DNA of 64,000 bases from a virus. Location of the stretch: positions 82,500 to 146,499 of IMG/VR virus record IMGVR_UViG_3300019124_000038; one strand, given 5' to 3'. The position numbers and the translations under genes are program-made. The first letter of the stretch is position 1; every line of letters starts with the position of its first letter. The notes beneath the pieces were generated by a model. It was not told the origin of the DNA and ran no database searches. It saw only the letters and a list, made by a program, of their open reading frames with translations. This document shows positions 1 to 9,046 of this stretch, in pieces.

Positions 1-624
1 TACAAGGCAGAGACCATTGAGAGCTACTACATGCGACTCTTCAAGCCGAAAGACCAGCTCACGCAGAAAGAAATCTACATGGCAATGGTCGCATCGGTAT
101 TTCTTGAATCCTTCCTTTTCTACAGCGGATTCTTCTACCCATTGTATCTTGCTGGTCAATCTCCAGCAATGATGTTCCACTCTGGCGAGATCATCAATCT
201 CATTCTGCGTGATGAAAGTATTCACGGTGTCTATATCGGTTTGCTGGCACAAGAAATCTACAGCAACAAGCTCACTGATGTAGAGCGGGCAGAAGTAGAC
301 GCAGAAATGTACGAACTGCTTCAAAAGCTCATGGAGAATGAAGTTGCATACACGGAGGATATCTACGCTTGCATCAATCTCGACGCAGAAGTGAAGAAAT
401 TCCTCAAATACAACGCGAACAAGGCTCTTATGAACCTCGGCAAGCCAGCCCTCTATCAGAGTGTAGTGATTGACCCTGTTGTAGAAAATGGTCTTAGCAC
501 TGAAACCAAGACGCATGACTTCTTCTCAGCAAAAGGCAACGGATACCAAAAGGGTAAAGTCGAGCCGATTGAAGACGAAGACTTCAAATTTAACCTCGAC
601 GATGAGTTCATCGTTGCGGCGTAA
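1..624 (+). CDS. nrdF: Ribonucleotide reductase class Ib beta subunit (5'-truncated by window edge)
   Basis: Frame is open from base 1. FLESFLFYSGF, ILRDESIHG and C-terminal HDFFSAKGNGY are NrdF signatures. Confidence 0.95.
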   Translation, partial: YKAETIESYYMRLFKPKDQLTQKEIYMAMVASVFLESFLFYSGFFYPLYLAGQSPAMMFHSGEIINLILRDESIHGVYIGLLAQEIYSNKLTDVERAEVDAEMYELLQKLMENEVAYTEDIYACINLDAEVKKFLKYNANKALMNLGKPALYQSVVIDPVVENGLSTETKTHDFFSAKGNGYQKGKVEPIEDEDFKFNLDDEFIVAA

Positions 625-642
625 CTAATAGGAGGGAAATCA

Positions 643-1428
643 TTGCTACGAAATCAAGTATACTGTAGTGACTGTGTGGTTGGTATGCGAAATTTGCCAG
701 ATGCTTGCGTTGATTTAACTGTGACATCCCCTCCCTATGACAATCTTAGGCTATATAATGGCTATTCATTTGATTTTAATAGCGTCGCGCACGAACTTTA
801 TCGCGTAACCAAGGATGGAGGTGTGGTTGTATGGATTGTAGGAGATGCAACCCGAAATGGAAGCGAATCAGGTACATCTTTTAAGCAAGCCCTCTATTTT
901 ATGGAGATTGGGTTTAATTTGCATGATACGATGATTTACATGTCGGATAAGCCGCCATTAAGTCATAGACGATATGAACAAAAATTTGAATATATGTTCA
1001 TTCTCAGCAAGGGGCGACCAAAAACTTTTAATCCAATCATGGAAGAAAGCAAATACGCAGGAGCCAGCAAAAAGGCTCGAACATTCAGACAAGATGAGCA
1101 TGGAGAACTTGAAGAGTCACATAGCAAGAGTGCTGTTAAAAAGGAAAAAATTAAAGGGAATGTGTGGTTTTATCCTACGGGTTATAACAAATCAACGAAG
1201 GATAAAATCGCCTTTGCCCACCCTGCGATATTCCCTGAGCGTCTTGCTCTTGACCACATTCTGTCTTGGTCAGATGAAGGTGATCTAGTTCTCGACCCCT
1301 TTGCAGGGAGTGGAACGACAGCTAAAATGTCGCTTTTAAGTGGGAGAGAATTCATTGGTTTTGAAATTTCACAAGAGTATGTCGATATAGCGAATCAAAG
1401 AATTGCAACAGTTCAGGAGGAGAAGTGA
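643..1428 (+). CDS. DNA methyltransferase, N4-C/N6-A, beta class
   Basis: Catalytic TSPPY precedes SAM-binding VLDPFAGSGTT; HPAIFP motif. Confidence 0.93.
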   Translation: MLRNQVYCSDCVVGMRNLPDACVDLTVTSPPYDNLRLYNGYSFDFNSVAHELYRVTKDGGVVVWIVGDATRNGSESGTSFKQALYFMEIGFNLHDTMIYMSDKPPLSHRRYEQKFEYMFILSKGRPKTFNPIMEESKYAGASKKARTFRQDEHGELEESHSKSAVKKEKIKGNVWFYPTGYNKSTKDKIAFAHPAIFPERLALDHILSWSDEGDLVLDPFAGSGTTAKMSLLSGREFIGFEISQEYVDIANQRIATVQEEK

Positions 1429-1712
1429 GTATGGCAAATGTAAAGATCATCAAGTATGAGAAGCCGTATTGCGCTCCATGCGCCCGCGTAGAAGGATACC
1501 TCAAAGACCTTGGGGTAGCAGATGTAGTTGACCATCGCAATCCGTTCGACGACCCTGACGCGGCGGCAAAACATGGCGTAATGATGAGTGTTCCTGTGGT
1601 AGCACTTGTCAATGCCGATACCGACGAACTGATCGTGAGTGCGGAAGGCGACAACCGAGACGGCATCAATGTCCTTGTCGATATGTACCACAAATTGAAA
1701 CAGGGGGCGTAA
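1425..1712 (+). CDS. Thioredoxin/NrdH-like redoxin
   Basis: CAPC active site, SVP cis-Pro motif, near nrdF. Confidence 0.8.
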   Translation: MSMANVKIIKYEKPYCAPCARVEGYLKDLGVADVVDHRNPFDDPDAAAKHGVMMSVPVVALVNADTDELIVSAEGDNRDGINVLVDMYHKLKQGA

Positions 1713-1747
1713 GCTCCCTTTCTTTTTACCAAGGAGGAGGAACCGAA

Positions 1748-2446
1748 GTGGCATTCATCTATATGAGCAACGGGGAGCCAGTAGAGATTGATGATGAGGA
1801 TTTCGCTTGGCTTAGTCAGTACAAATGGAGACCAGACAAAGATGGATATGCGCGAACGACTTGGAGGCAAGATGGGACACGGTATGACAGACGAATGCAC
1901 CGCATGATTTTAGATGCTTCTAGGGGTCAAATTGTAGATCATATCGACGGGAATCGCCTTAATAATCGCAAAAACAATCTTCGTTTTGTGAGTAGCCGAC
2001 AAAACTCACAAAACATGAAGAGACCGCGCACAAACACTACAGGCTATAAGGGTGTAGTGAAGCGCAGAGAAAATAGGTATGAAGCGAAAGTCACTCACGG
2101 CGGAGATTGTTTGTACTGCGGAACATACACGAATGCTCTTGCCGCCGCACATGCCTATAATTACAACGCTAAGTTATGCTTCGGTCAGTTCGCACAGCTC
2201 AACGAGGTCGAACCTTTGGATGATTGGAGAGACTTTCGGGTTGCGACTGTTCCGAAATCACAATGGCGTGGAGTGAGTGAAAAAGGCGATAAGTGGCAAG
2301 CATCTATTTTTCATGAAGGTCAAAGAGTCTATATTGGTCTATATGAGACAGAGATTCAGGCGGCTTTAGCCTATAACGCTAAGGCATCTGAGTTAAAAGG
2401 AGAAAGTGCTGTATTGAACGAAGTGGAGGATGATCTAGTATGCTAG
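1748..2446 (+). CDS. HNH homing endonuclease with two AP2 domains
   Basis: MHR..VDHIDGNRLNNRKNNLR HNH motif, followed by two AP2-like repeats (YKGV..AAHAYN; WRGV..AALAYN). Confidence 0.92.
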   Translation: MAFIYMSNGEPVEIDDEDFAWLSQYKWRPDKDGYARTTWRQDGTRYDRRMHRMILDASRGQIVDHIDGNRLNNRKNNLRFVSSRQNSQNMKRPRTNTTGYKGVVKRRENRYEAKVTHGGDCLYCGTYTNALAAAHAYNYNAKLCFGQFAQLNEVEPLDDWRDFRVATVPKSQWRGVSEKGDKWQASIFHEGQRVYIGLYETEIQAALAYNAKASELKGESAVLNEVEDDLVC

Positions 2447-3306
2447 GAATTGCATTCGCAGGAGGTGGAATCAGAGGAAGTGTCGAACTCGGCATCGTAA
2501 AGGCTTTCTACGAAGCGAACATTCGCCCAACAATCTTTACTGGTGCATCCGCTGGTTCAATTGTGGCAGGGCTACTAGCGATGGGCTACAGTCCTGACGA
2601 AGCATTCGCTGAGTTTTCAAAAGTTGGTAGTGATGTAATGGATGTAGCGTATGGTCATATCCTGTCTGGTCTCTTCTCGAAAGAACGAGTGCAAGGACTA
2701 GTTAGGGGTGACAGATTAGAGTCTATGTTGAACATGCTCTATTGCCGACGACAAATGCATGGGATTCCACAACCTAATAAGTTGGCAGTTGTTGCGACAG
2801 ACATCCAGACAGGCAAACAGATCATTTTTGCGAATCAAGACCCAGTAGACACAAGCATGATTGGTGATGATAATTTCGCATGGTTTAATCAGAGCACTTT
2901 GCCAATCAGTTTTGCTGTTCGCAGTTCATGCTCTTTCCCCGCCGTCTTCTTACCGAAGAGGTACATGGATTATGTATTAGTGGACGGGGGACTCACCAAC
3001 AATGTCCCATCGGATATTGCGCGGGCACTGGGAGCAACACAGGTCATTACTATTGATCTTGGCTACAACGGGGAGAAAGAGGAAGTAGGTGGTATCGCTT
3101 CAATCATCGGGAAAAGCATTTCAATTCTCATGGAGCGCGTAAACGATCATAATAACGATACACATGGAATCTATCTGAATCCTAGCGTGGATGATGTTGG
3201 AACATTTGATTTCTCGCAAATGGACGAACTCTACCAGATCGGCTATAGATACGGGAAAGCAATGATCCAAGAAGTTCGTGAGAAGCTAGTCCTTGCCACA
3301 GCCTAG
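2440..3306 (+). CDS. Patatin-like phospholipase
   Basis: GGGIRG oxyanion loop, GASAG nucleophile, DGG motif. Confidence 0.93.
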   Translation: MLGIAFAGGGIRGSVELGIVKAFYEANIRPTIFTGASAGSIVAGLLAMGYSPDEAFAEFSKVGSDVMDVAYGHILSGLFSKERVQGLVRGDRLESMLNMLYCRRQMHGIPQPNKLAVVATDIQTGKQIIFANQDPVDTSMIGDDNFAWFNQSTLPISFAVRSSCSFPAVFLPKRYMDYVLVDGGLTNNVPSDIARALGATQVITIDLGYNGEKEEVGGIASIIGKSISILMERVNDHNNDTHGIYLNPSVDDVGTFDFSQMDELYQIGYRYGKAMIQEVREKLVLATA

Positions 3307-3337
3307 CAATCTATGTTATACTACACCTATAAGATAA
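3293..3337 (+). promoter_or_regulatory. sigmaA-type promoter for the rSAM operon, with conserved downstream TATAAGATAA box
   Basis: TTGCCA-18-TATACT with extended TG, then N5-TATAAGATAA and SD GAGGAGG. Confidence 0.6.
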
Positions 3338-3352
3338 GAGGAGGAACACCGC

Positions 3353-3688
3353 ATGGTAACAATCGCAAATGGCGTTGTTTTCAATGACACCCATGTCGTA
3401 ACAACAACTGAGCTTTTACGGCTCTCCTTCTATGGGACAGGCAATGAGAATGTCATCATTGCCTTTGCTCCTAGTGTTGAGCGTCGTGGCTTGAAAGTTC
3501 TAAATGATTTCAAGCAAAACGGTACAGCAAAGATTCAAGTGTACAACAACGGTGTGCTTATCTTTGAAGATAGTGCCTATACAGATGTACAGTTCGAATA
3601 TGCCAAGAACGACACGCAAAATCTGGTAGAGCAACTGAACTTCACCAAGTCTGTTTCTTCGCTATCGACATCTACGGTCAGCGGGTAG
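3353..3688 (+). CDS. Hypothetical protein, first gene of rSAM operon
   Basis: Strong SD, 111 aa, beta-rich. Confidence 0.75.
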   Translation: MVTIANGVVFNDTHVVTTTELLRLSFYGTGNENVIIAFAPSVERRGLKVLNDFKQNGTAKIQVYNNGVLIFEDSAYTDVQFEYAKNDTQNLVEQLNFTKSVSSLSTSTVSG

Positions 3689-3697
3689 GTGTTATAG

Positions 3698-4354
3698 ATG
3701 CCAGCACAGAAAGGTACAGTTTGGATTACCGATTCTGAGTTTCATCTGGTAGGTGAGGACGGACTGCATTGGTACTATGTCGGCACTGATGCGGGTGCGG
3801 CTCCAGCGGATGCAGACCTTGGCTCTATTTGGGTTAACACCAATCTGTATTACATCGACGCTAACGCTAGGATTCGGTATATCCCAAGCGTAGTCATGAG
3901 CGCTGTGCAGGGTGTTGCTGGTAGTGCATGGATTAATAACCGTTTCCTCTACTGGCTAGATAACACAAAGACCATCCGATACGGTCATTCAGATGTCGCA
4001 GGATACAACGACTACGGCGATTCACGCGCTCACGGAGACACGGCATTCTATGACAGGGCACATACCGATTCCTATGGCACATATACAAACTGGGCGCATA
4101 GCGACACTCCTCACTCTGACAACGCACACGGTGACTGGCAACCATACTGCGACGTAACTGGTTGCTCGCCTACGCACGGTGATTATGGACATGGCGATAG
4201 TCCACATAGTGATAATCCGCATGTAGATTCACCAGCGCAATATTTCGATATTCCACACGGGGATACGCCACATAGCGACACCCCACCATACTCGGATTAC
4301 GGCGATTCTCGGGCACATGCAGACTACCCACGACAGGGAACGACAATTGCATAG
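3698..4354 (+). CDS. His/Tyr-x-Asp repeat protein; putative radical SAM substrate
   Basis: C-terminal ~115 aa holds 13 H-x-D and 6 Y-x-D motifs; N-terminal half has three G-x-x-W-[IV] repeats; lies directly upstream of the rSAM gene. Confidence 0.75.
   Translation: MPAQKGTVWITDSEFHLVGEDGLHWYYVGTDAGAAPADADLGSIWVNTNLYYIDANARIRYIPSVVMSAVQGVAGSAWINNRFLYWLDNTKTIRYGHSDVAGYNDYGDSRAHGDTAFYDRAHTDSYGTYTNWAHSDTPHSDNAHGDWQPYCDVTGCSPTHGDYGHGDSPHSDNPHVDSPAQYFDIPHGDTPHSDTPPYSDYGDSRAHADYPRQGTTIA
3986..4324 (+). repeat. Degenerate coding repeat of H-x-D / Y-x-D units
   Basis: HSD, HGD, HTD, HVD, HAD etc.; YxDYGDSRAHxD is duplicated near both ends of the array. Confidence 0.85.
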
Positions 4355-4365
4355 GAGGGGAAAGG

Positions 4366-5580
4366 ATGGCTAACGAAGTTAGACCTATGGGTGTAGCATG
4401 TAATCTTAAATGCACTTACTGCTATCAGAACCCTCTTCGGGATGCGGGGAATATCAATACTCTGTATGATCTCGAAAAGATCATCGAGCAACTTGACAAG
4501 ACCACATCAGAGTTTCACCTTTTCGGGGGTGAAGCTCTACTAATCCCGAAGAAAGATTTAGAGGTTCTTTGGTCATACGGATTAAAACGGTTCGGACAAA
4601 ACGGGATTCAAACGAACGGCGTACTTATCGACGCTGAACACGTAGAACTGTTCAAAAAATATAAAGTTTCTGTCGGCATCTCTATCGACGGCCCTGCCGA
4701 ACTCAACGACATGCGTTGGGCGGGTTCTCTCGACAAGACACGGGAAGCAACGCAAAAGATCATGGACAACATCGTTATGCTGGCTAATGAGGGTGTGCAG
4801 ATGGGCATTATCATCACCATCCACAAACTTAATGGTATGCCAGAACATCTTCCACGACTGCTCAATTTTATTCGTTGGCTCGGAGATATCGGCGTTAAAG
4901 GCGGCAACATTCACACCCTTGAAGTCGATAATGAGATTGTAAGGAACATGTTCTGTCTGACAGAAGAAGAAAATCTTTATGCGTTCCTGACTCTGGCGCA
5001 GTTCTTTCAGGAGAACCCTGATCTGTCATGGAATCCGTTCGGAGAAATATACAAGCTCCTCCAAGGTGATGACTACGGGGCTAACTGTAATTTTAAACGA
5101 TGTGATTCTATGAACACTCAGGCGGTCTATGGCATTGAAGGGAATGGCGCACTGTCTAACTGCTCTCGCACTAACAAAGAAGGTATCGACATGTATAAGG
5201 CAGACGATCATGGCTATGAGCGCTACATTTCGCTCTACCACACGCCGCCTGAGTATGGTGGCTGTAACGGTTGCCGTTTCTGGTCGATCTGCGGTGGATC
5301 ATGTCCCGGTGAAAGTGTTAATGGAGACTTTAGAAACAAAACAATACACTGTCAAACAATGAAGGGTATTCTCGGTTTCTACGAAGAAGTTCTGGAGAGC
5401 GAGGGTATTCAACCTATCACTAAGCATCCGAATCTCTACGAATACGAGAGAGAGATGTTGAAGTGGATGGCGCAAGGTCAGAACTGCTTGCTCAGTGATG
5501 CTATCAGGATGGTTGATGGTCGCGGGGAAAATGGCGAAATTCGCGTAGTTCCTGTGTACAGAAATGAAGGGAGGGAGTAA
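4366..5580 (+). CDS. Radical SAM/SPASM-domain peptide/protein maturase
   Basis: CNLKCTYC; FGGE, QTNG, SIDG; C-terminal C..C..CNGCRFWSICGGSCP..C SPASM cysteines. Confidence 0.92.
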   Translation: MANEVRPMGVACNLKCTYCYQNPLRDAGNINTLYDLEKIIEQLDKTTSEFHLFGGEALLIPKKDLEVLWSYGLKRFGQNGIQTNGVLIDAEHVELFKKYKVSVGISIDGPAELNDMRWAGSLDKTREATQKIMDNIVMLANEGVQMGIIITIHKLNGMPEHLPRLLNFIRWLGDIGVKGGNIHTLEVDNEIVRNMFCLTEEENLYAFLTLAQFFQENPDLSWNPFGEIYKLLQGDDYGANCNFKRCDSMNTQAVYGIEGNGALSNCSRTNKEGIDMYKADDHGYERYISLYHTPPEYGGCNGCRFWSICGGSCPGESVNGDFRNKTIHCQTMKGILGFYEEVLESEGIQPITKHPNLYEYEREMLKWMAQGQNCLLSDAIRMVDGRGENGEIRVVPVYRNEGRE

Positions 5581-6542
5581 TGATGGAACTGCTTGGCTTT
5601 GACATGCCGCCGTTTGCGCGTATTCAATATGTTACAGCAGGTGTCAAGAACGAGTGGGAGCCGCGTGTTGCAAGAGCCGCAAAAGCCTACTACGATCTGG
5701 AGCTTCTAACTGTCAAGCATGGAGTACGCGCATGTACTACACGTCATGTCTCTCCACAGAACTTGGAGTATGACTTACAGAACTTTGCGCGGCATGGTCT
5801 TGTGTGGCTTCCGATTCAACGAGTGGGAAGCTATCAGGGCTTTGCTCACAAGCATCCTCCTGTTCAGGAAGGTCGCCCTTGGGCTTGGTATGGTGTAGTG
5901 GCTCGTACAATGGAAGACGCTTTGAAGTTTGTCGAAGCATCGACGACAAAGTTCGACCACGATGTTCTTGGTCAGCTTCTTGGCTATCCCGACTGTTGTC
6001 GAAAGTTTTTTAATGAGGTGTGGGGGGCAGGGTATATTGACCCAATATGGCAACAAGCAGGAGGTGATCTTGAACACATGATACAGCATGAGGTCACGGA
6101 AGGTCAGGAAATGGTGCACTTCTCCAGTAGCGTCTCACATTTGACCGTATCCATGCTTCGTTATATTGGTGTGCGTATCGTACCGCATATCCCGTGCTCT
6201 GTAGGTTGCAAACATTCAGAGCATATTGCTCAGGCATGGTTTGAAGTCGGAGAGAAAGAGGAGGTAGAAGGTCTCCGTGATCTTGTAGCCCTCTTGACTC
6301 TGCCTACTGAATGGGACTGCCTGAGAGGGATTGCCGTTGTCTCTACACCTTTGTTCAAGATTCAGACGAACTCTATGACCACAACGAAGCGGTACATTGT
6401 TCGTAAGGATGGCGAATGGTATCCAGAAGAAGCACCAAGCGGCTTGAAGTTTCCTTGGCAAACGAAAGTAGGATTCGGATGTAATACCAGTATTCGCTCA
6501 CACGCCAAGTCTGATCTGATTCAAGTAGAGAGTACACAATGA
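5580..6542 (+). CDS. Cys/His-motif protein (DUF483-like), translationally coupled to the rSAM gene
   Basis: LGQLLGYPDCC and HIPCSVGC motifs; TAATG stop/start overlap. Confidence 0.6.
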   Translation: MMELLGFDMPPFARIQYVTAGVKNEWEPRVARAAKAYYDLELLTVKHGVRACTTRHVSPQNLEYDLQNFARHGLVWLPIQRVGSYQGFAHKHPPVQEGRPWAWYGVVARTMEDALKFVEASTTKFDHDVLGQLLGYPDCCRKFFNEVWGAGYIDPIWQQAGGDLEHMIQHEVTEGQEMVHFSSSVSHLTVSMLRYIGVRIVPHIPCSVGCKHSEHIAQAWFEVGEKEEVEGLRDLVALLTLPTEWDCLRGIAVVSTPLFKIQTNSMTTTKRYIVRKDGEWYPEEAPSGLKFPWQTKVGFGCNTSIRSHAKSDLIQVESTQ

Positions 6543-6712
6543 AACTTCTCCGCATATTGTTAGTGCCAATCACGTACCCGATTTTCGTGGTTCTCGTTAT
6601 TCTCGCGAATTTACTTATAGTAGTAACATTTGGAGATGTTCGTTGGGCATGGATATTCGCAGGATGGGTACAGGATTACTACTATTGGATAAGTGAATGG
6701 AGGTATATGTAG
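6539..6712 (+). CDS. Small membrane protein
   Basis: ATGA overlap; MKLLRILLVPITYPIFVVLVILANLLIVVTFG hydrophobic, 57 aa. Confidence 0.55.
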   Translation: MKLLRILLVPITYPIFVVLVILANLLIVVTFGDVRWAWIFAGWVQDYYYWISEWRYM

Positions 6713-6924
6713 TGGCTAAGGACACCAATATTGACACTCAAAAGTTTGACTGTTGCTACGAACTGAGCCACAAGGGGATTTACATGGAGGTTGACCTGAA
6801 TAGTACCCATGTGGCCTTCTCAATGTATAATCGTGCGCGGTTTGAAACACAAGTTTGTATCAATAGCAAGGACGACGCACGTAGGCTCATTGAGTTGTTA
6901 GAGGAATATTGTCAGCGATCCTAG
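6712..6924 (+). CDS. Hypothetical protein
   Basis: GGAGG SD before GTG that overlaps the previous stop. Confidence 0.6.
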   Translation: MAKDTNIDTQKFDCCYELSHKGIYMEVDLNSTHVAFSMYNRARFETQVCINSKDDARRLIELLEEYCQRS

Positions 6925-6930
6925 CATTCC

Positions 6931-6974
6931 TTGACAAATCTGTCACTAAAGTCTATAATATAACTATAAGATAA
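6931..6974 (+). promoter_or_regulatory. Consensus sigmaA promoter
   Basis: TTGACA-17-TATAAT then N5-TATAAGATAA. Confidence 0.9.
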
Positions 6975-7000
6975 CTGATTGAAAAGGAGAACGTAGCTGA

Positions 7001-7768
7001 ATGAAAACATCTGAAAGTCTAGTAAATTTCGCTCCTGCTTTTGTCGGATTTAGCTCAGAGGTAGAACGAATTGAGAAAGATCGTCGTAATCCGCACTTTA
7101 AGAATGACTACGCGACGCTTGACCAACTGATCGACGCAACACGTCCGATTCTTGCCAAATATGGTTTGGCTGTTACTCAGAGTGCGGCTGGAGATGAAAA
7201 CGGGAATGTCGTTCTTACAACTCGGGTAATGCATACCTCTGGCGAATGGCAAGAAACAGAGCCTCTTATCATGAAGCCTGTGAAAACAGACCCGCAAGGC
7301 ATGGGTTCCGCAACTACTTATGCGCGACGTTATCAATACGCGGCGGCTCTGAATCTGAGTACTGGCGAGGATGATGATGGCAACGACGCAAGCGGCATCG
7401 GTAATACGGATAAGACACCCGCTCCTGATGTAGAAACCCGTCGCCAAAATGCGCGACAAGAAGCCATGAATCGTCGCAACTCTGGAGGTAACAATTCCAC
7501 TCCTACCGCACCGACTACTCCAGCAGAAACGACCTCTGCAAGCATGGAGAGCACAGGCATGATTACTGATGGTCAAGTCAAGTCCATCAATAACATGACG
7601 AATGTACTTGACCGCAAGTACGGTGACGAACGCGTAGGTTCCCGACTGCTCGGCGACAAGCTGGCTGAATATGGCAAGGGCGATCTCTCCGAGCTAACCT
7701 TTGACGAAGCGGCTGGTATCCTGTCTACCTTCAACGGAGCAATGCGTAACAAACCGACCTTCAACTAG
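7001..7768 (+). CDS. erf: ERF-family ssDNA annealing protein
   Basis: NPHFKNDYATLD and QGMGSATTYARRY..EDDDG ERF motifs. Confidence 0.92.
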   Translation: MKTSESLVNFAPAFVGFSSEVERIEKDRRNPHFKNDYATLDQLIDATRPILAKYGLAVTQSAAGDENGNVVLTTRVMHTSGEWQETEPLIMKPVKTDPQGMGSATTYARRYQYAAALNLSTGEDDDGNDASGIGNTDKTPAPDVETRRQNARQEAMNRRNSGGNNSTPTAPTTPAETTSASMESTGMITDGQVKSINNMTNVLDRKYGDERVGSRLLGDKLAEYGKGDLSELTFDEAAGILSTFNGAMRNKPTFN

Positions 7769-7775
7769 GTCATAT

Positions 7776-7802
7776 GGGGTAGGAGGAATCCTGCCCCTTT
7801 TC
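7776..7802 (+). terminator. Intrinsic terminator
   Basis: GGGGTAGGA-GGAA-TCCTGCCCC followed by T tract. Confidence 0.7.
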
Positions 7803-7824
7803 CATTTTAAAGGAGGGGCTAATA

Positions 7825-8073
7825 GTGTACGGCGCATTGGACGATTTCTACAAAGGGACACTTTTTTCGCGAGATGAACTGGAGCGAGAAATTGATTTCT
7901 GGCAAAAGGTCGTAGACGAAAAAGAAGAAAACGACGTATACCAAGGCGATCAATACTATCAAGATGACTTACAGGCTCTAGGAGCTTTGAGGGAAGCACT
8001 CGAAAATTTCTCTCAATACTATGAAGAGCAAGAGGATGGTAGCTTGACCTATATTTTCGGAACGGAGAGATAA
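7825..8073 (+). CDS. Hypothetical acidic protein
   Basis: SD AAGGAGG, GTG start. Confidence 0.65.
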   Translation: MYGALDDFYKGTLFSRDELEREIDFWQKVVDEKEENDVYQGDQYYQDDLQALGALREALENFSQYYEEQEDGSLTYIFGTER

Positions 8074-8076
8074 TAA

Positions 8077-8580
8077 GTGCAGGACTACTATTTCGTAACT
8101 ATTGATGGGCGGCCAATCGCAAAGTCGAACATGTACGGCGTTCGTGTTGTTGGGAAGCGCGGCATCATGTATACGACCAAGGAACTTGAAGAATATGAGT
8201 TGCTGGTAGGCAAAGCCGTGAGCGACGCAATCCCTACAATACTACCGCACGATTTCTACTCAATCTATCTCCGCATCTACCAGCACGGCAAGAAGTGGAT
8301 TGATGTGGACAACTGCTTCAAGGCAATTCAGGATGGGATGGACTCCACCAAAACGATCAAGCGCGGGAAACAAGAGATCAAAGTCTGCGAAAGCGGCATT
8401 GAAAATGACCGCTATTTCCAACTGATCGTCGGTGAGCGCATCATTGTTGAGTCGGCGGAAGAACAGCGGGTAGAGTTGATTATTGCACCATATCGTGGAC
8501 TGTTCAATTTGGTTAGCATTGTGAAAGAGCACTATAAAATTGATGAAGATTACCATGAGCAATTGATCTTGCCTTTGTGA
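8077..8580 (+). CDS. rusA: RusA-like Holliday junction resolvase
   Basis: GRPIAK, DVDNCFKAIQDG, END motifs. Confidence 0.8.
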   Translation: MQDYYFVTIDGRPIAKSNMYGVRVVGKRGIMYTTKELEEYELLVGKAVSDAIPTILPHDFYSIYLRIYQHGKKWIDVDNCFKAIQDGMDSTKTIKRGKQEIKVCESGIENDRYFQLIVGERIIVESAEEQRVELIIAPYRGLFNLVSIVKEHYKIDEDYHEQLILPL

Positions 8581-8621
8581 TATGTTATATTATGGATATA
8601 GTTCACAAAGGAGTGGTAAAA

Positions 8622-8795
8622 ATGTGTAATAAAAAGAATTGCAATTTGGGTAAGGAGTCACTTACGCCGTATGCCCCATATGTAGATGAAGTAATTAATG
8701 GCGACTATCTGGTAAGACAAACCTTTTACCCGTATAGATGTGAGTGTGGGTATTGGGAGCATTCGCCCGTCGATCTTTTTGAGGAAGAAGACTAA
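8622..8795 (+). CDS. Small Cys-containing hypothetical protein
   Basis: SD AAGGAG before ATG; C..C, CEC. Confidence 0.55.
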   Translation: MCNKKNCNLGKESLTPYAPYVDEVINGDYLVRQTFYPYRCECGYWEHSPVDLFEEED

Positions 8796-8806
8796 TAGAT
8801 TTTTCC

Positions 8807-8850
8807 TTGACAGATGGTAGTTGCGCCCAGTATACTATAAGTGTAAGATA
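8807..8850 (+). promoter_or_regulatory. sigmaA promoter
   Basis: TTGACA-18-TATACT then N5-TGTAAGATA. Confidence 0.75.
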
Positions 8851-8871
8851 ATAACAGAGGAGGAATTAGGC

Positions 8872-9039
8872 ATGATGAAGAAAATCACAGGAATGATGAT
8901 TCGAGTGACCTTGGCACTCGCACTGGTGATGGGTACGGCGGTGCTCGACGAAATCATCCCGATCACACCCGACTCCCCGAGTGTGATCGCCCAAAATGAC
9001 CCGCCGCTTCCGTGGAGCCATATCATCGTGATCGGCTAA
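8872..9039 (+). CDS. Small secreted peptide (signal peptide plus short Pro-rich tail)
   Basis: SD GAGGAGG; MMKK + hydrophobic core; monocistronic. Confidence 0.7.
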   Translation: MMKKITGMMIRVTLALALVMGTAVLDEIIPITPDSPSVIAQNDPPLPWSHIIVIG

Positions 9040-9046
9040 GAGAACA

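Noticed and set aside
1-2446. Group I intron in nrdF associated with the HNH
   Set aside because: The visible nrdF is uninterrupted and the HNH is free-standing, two genes downstream.
2440-3306. CBASS (CapV) defence system
   Set aside because: No CD-NTase or Cap2/3 genes nearby.
3986-4324. Possible CRISPR or DNA-level tandem repeat
   Set aside because: The repeats are conserved at amino-acid level with varied codons and spacing; there is no repeat-spacer structure.
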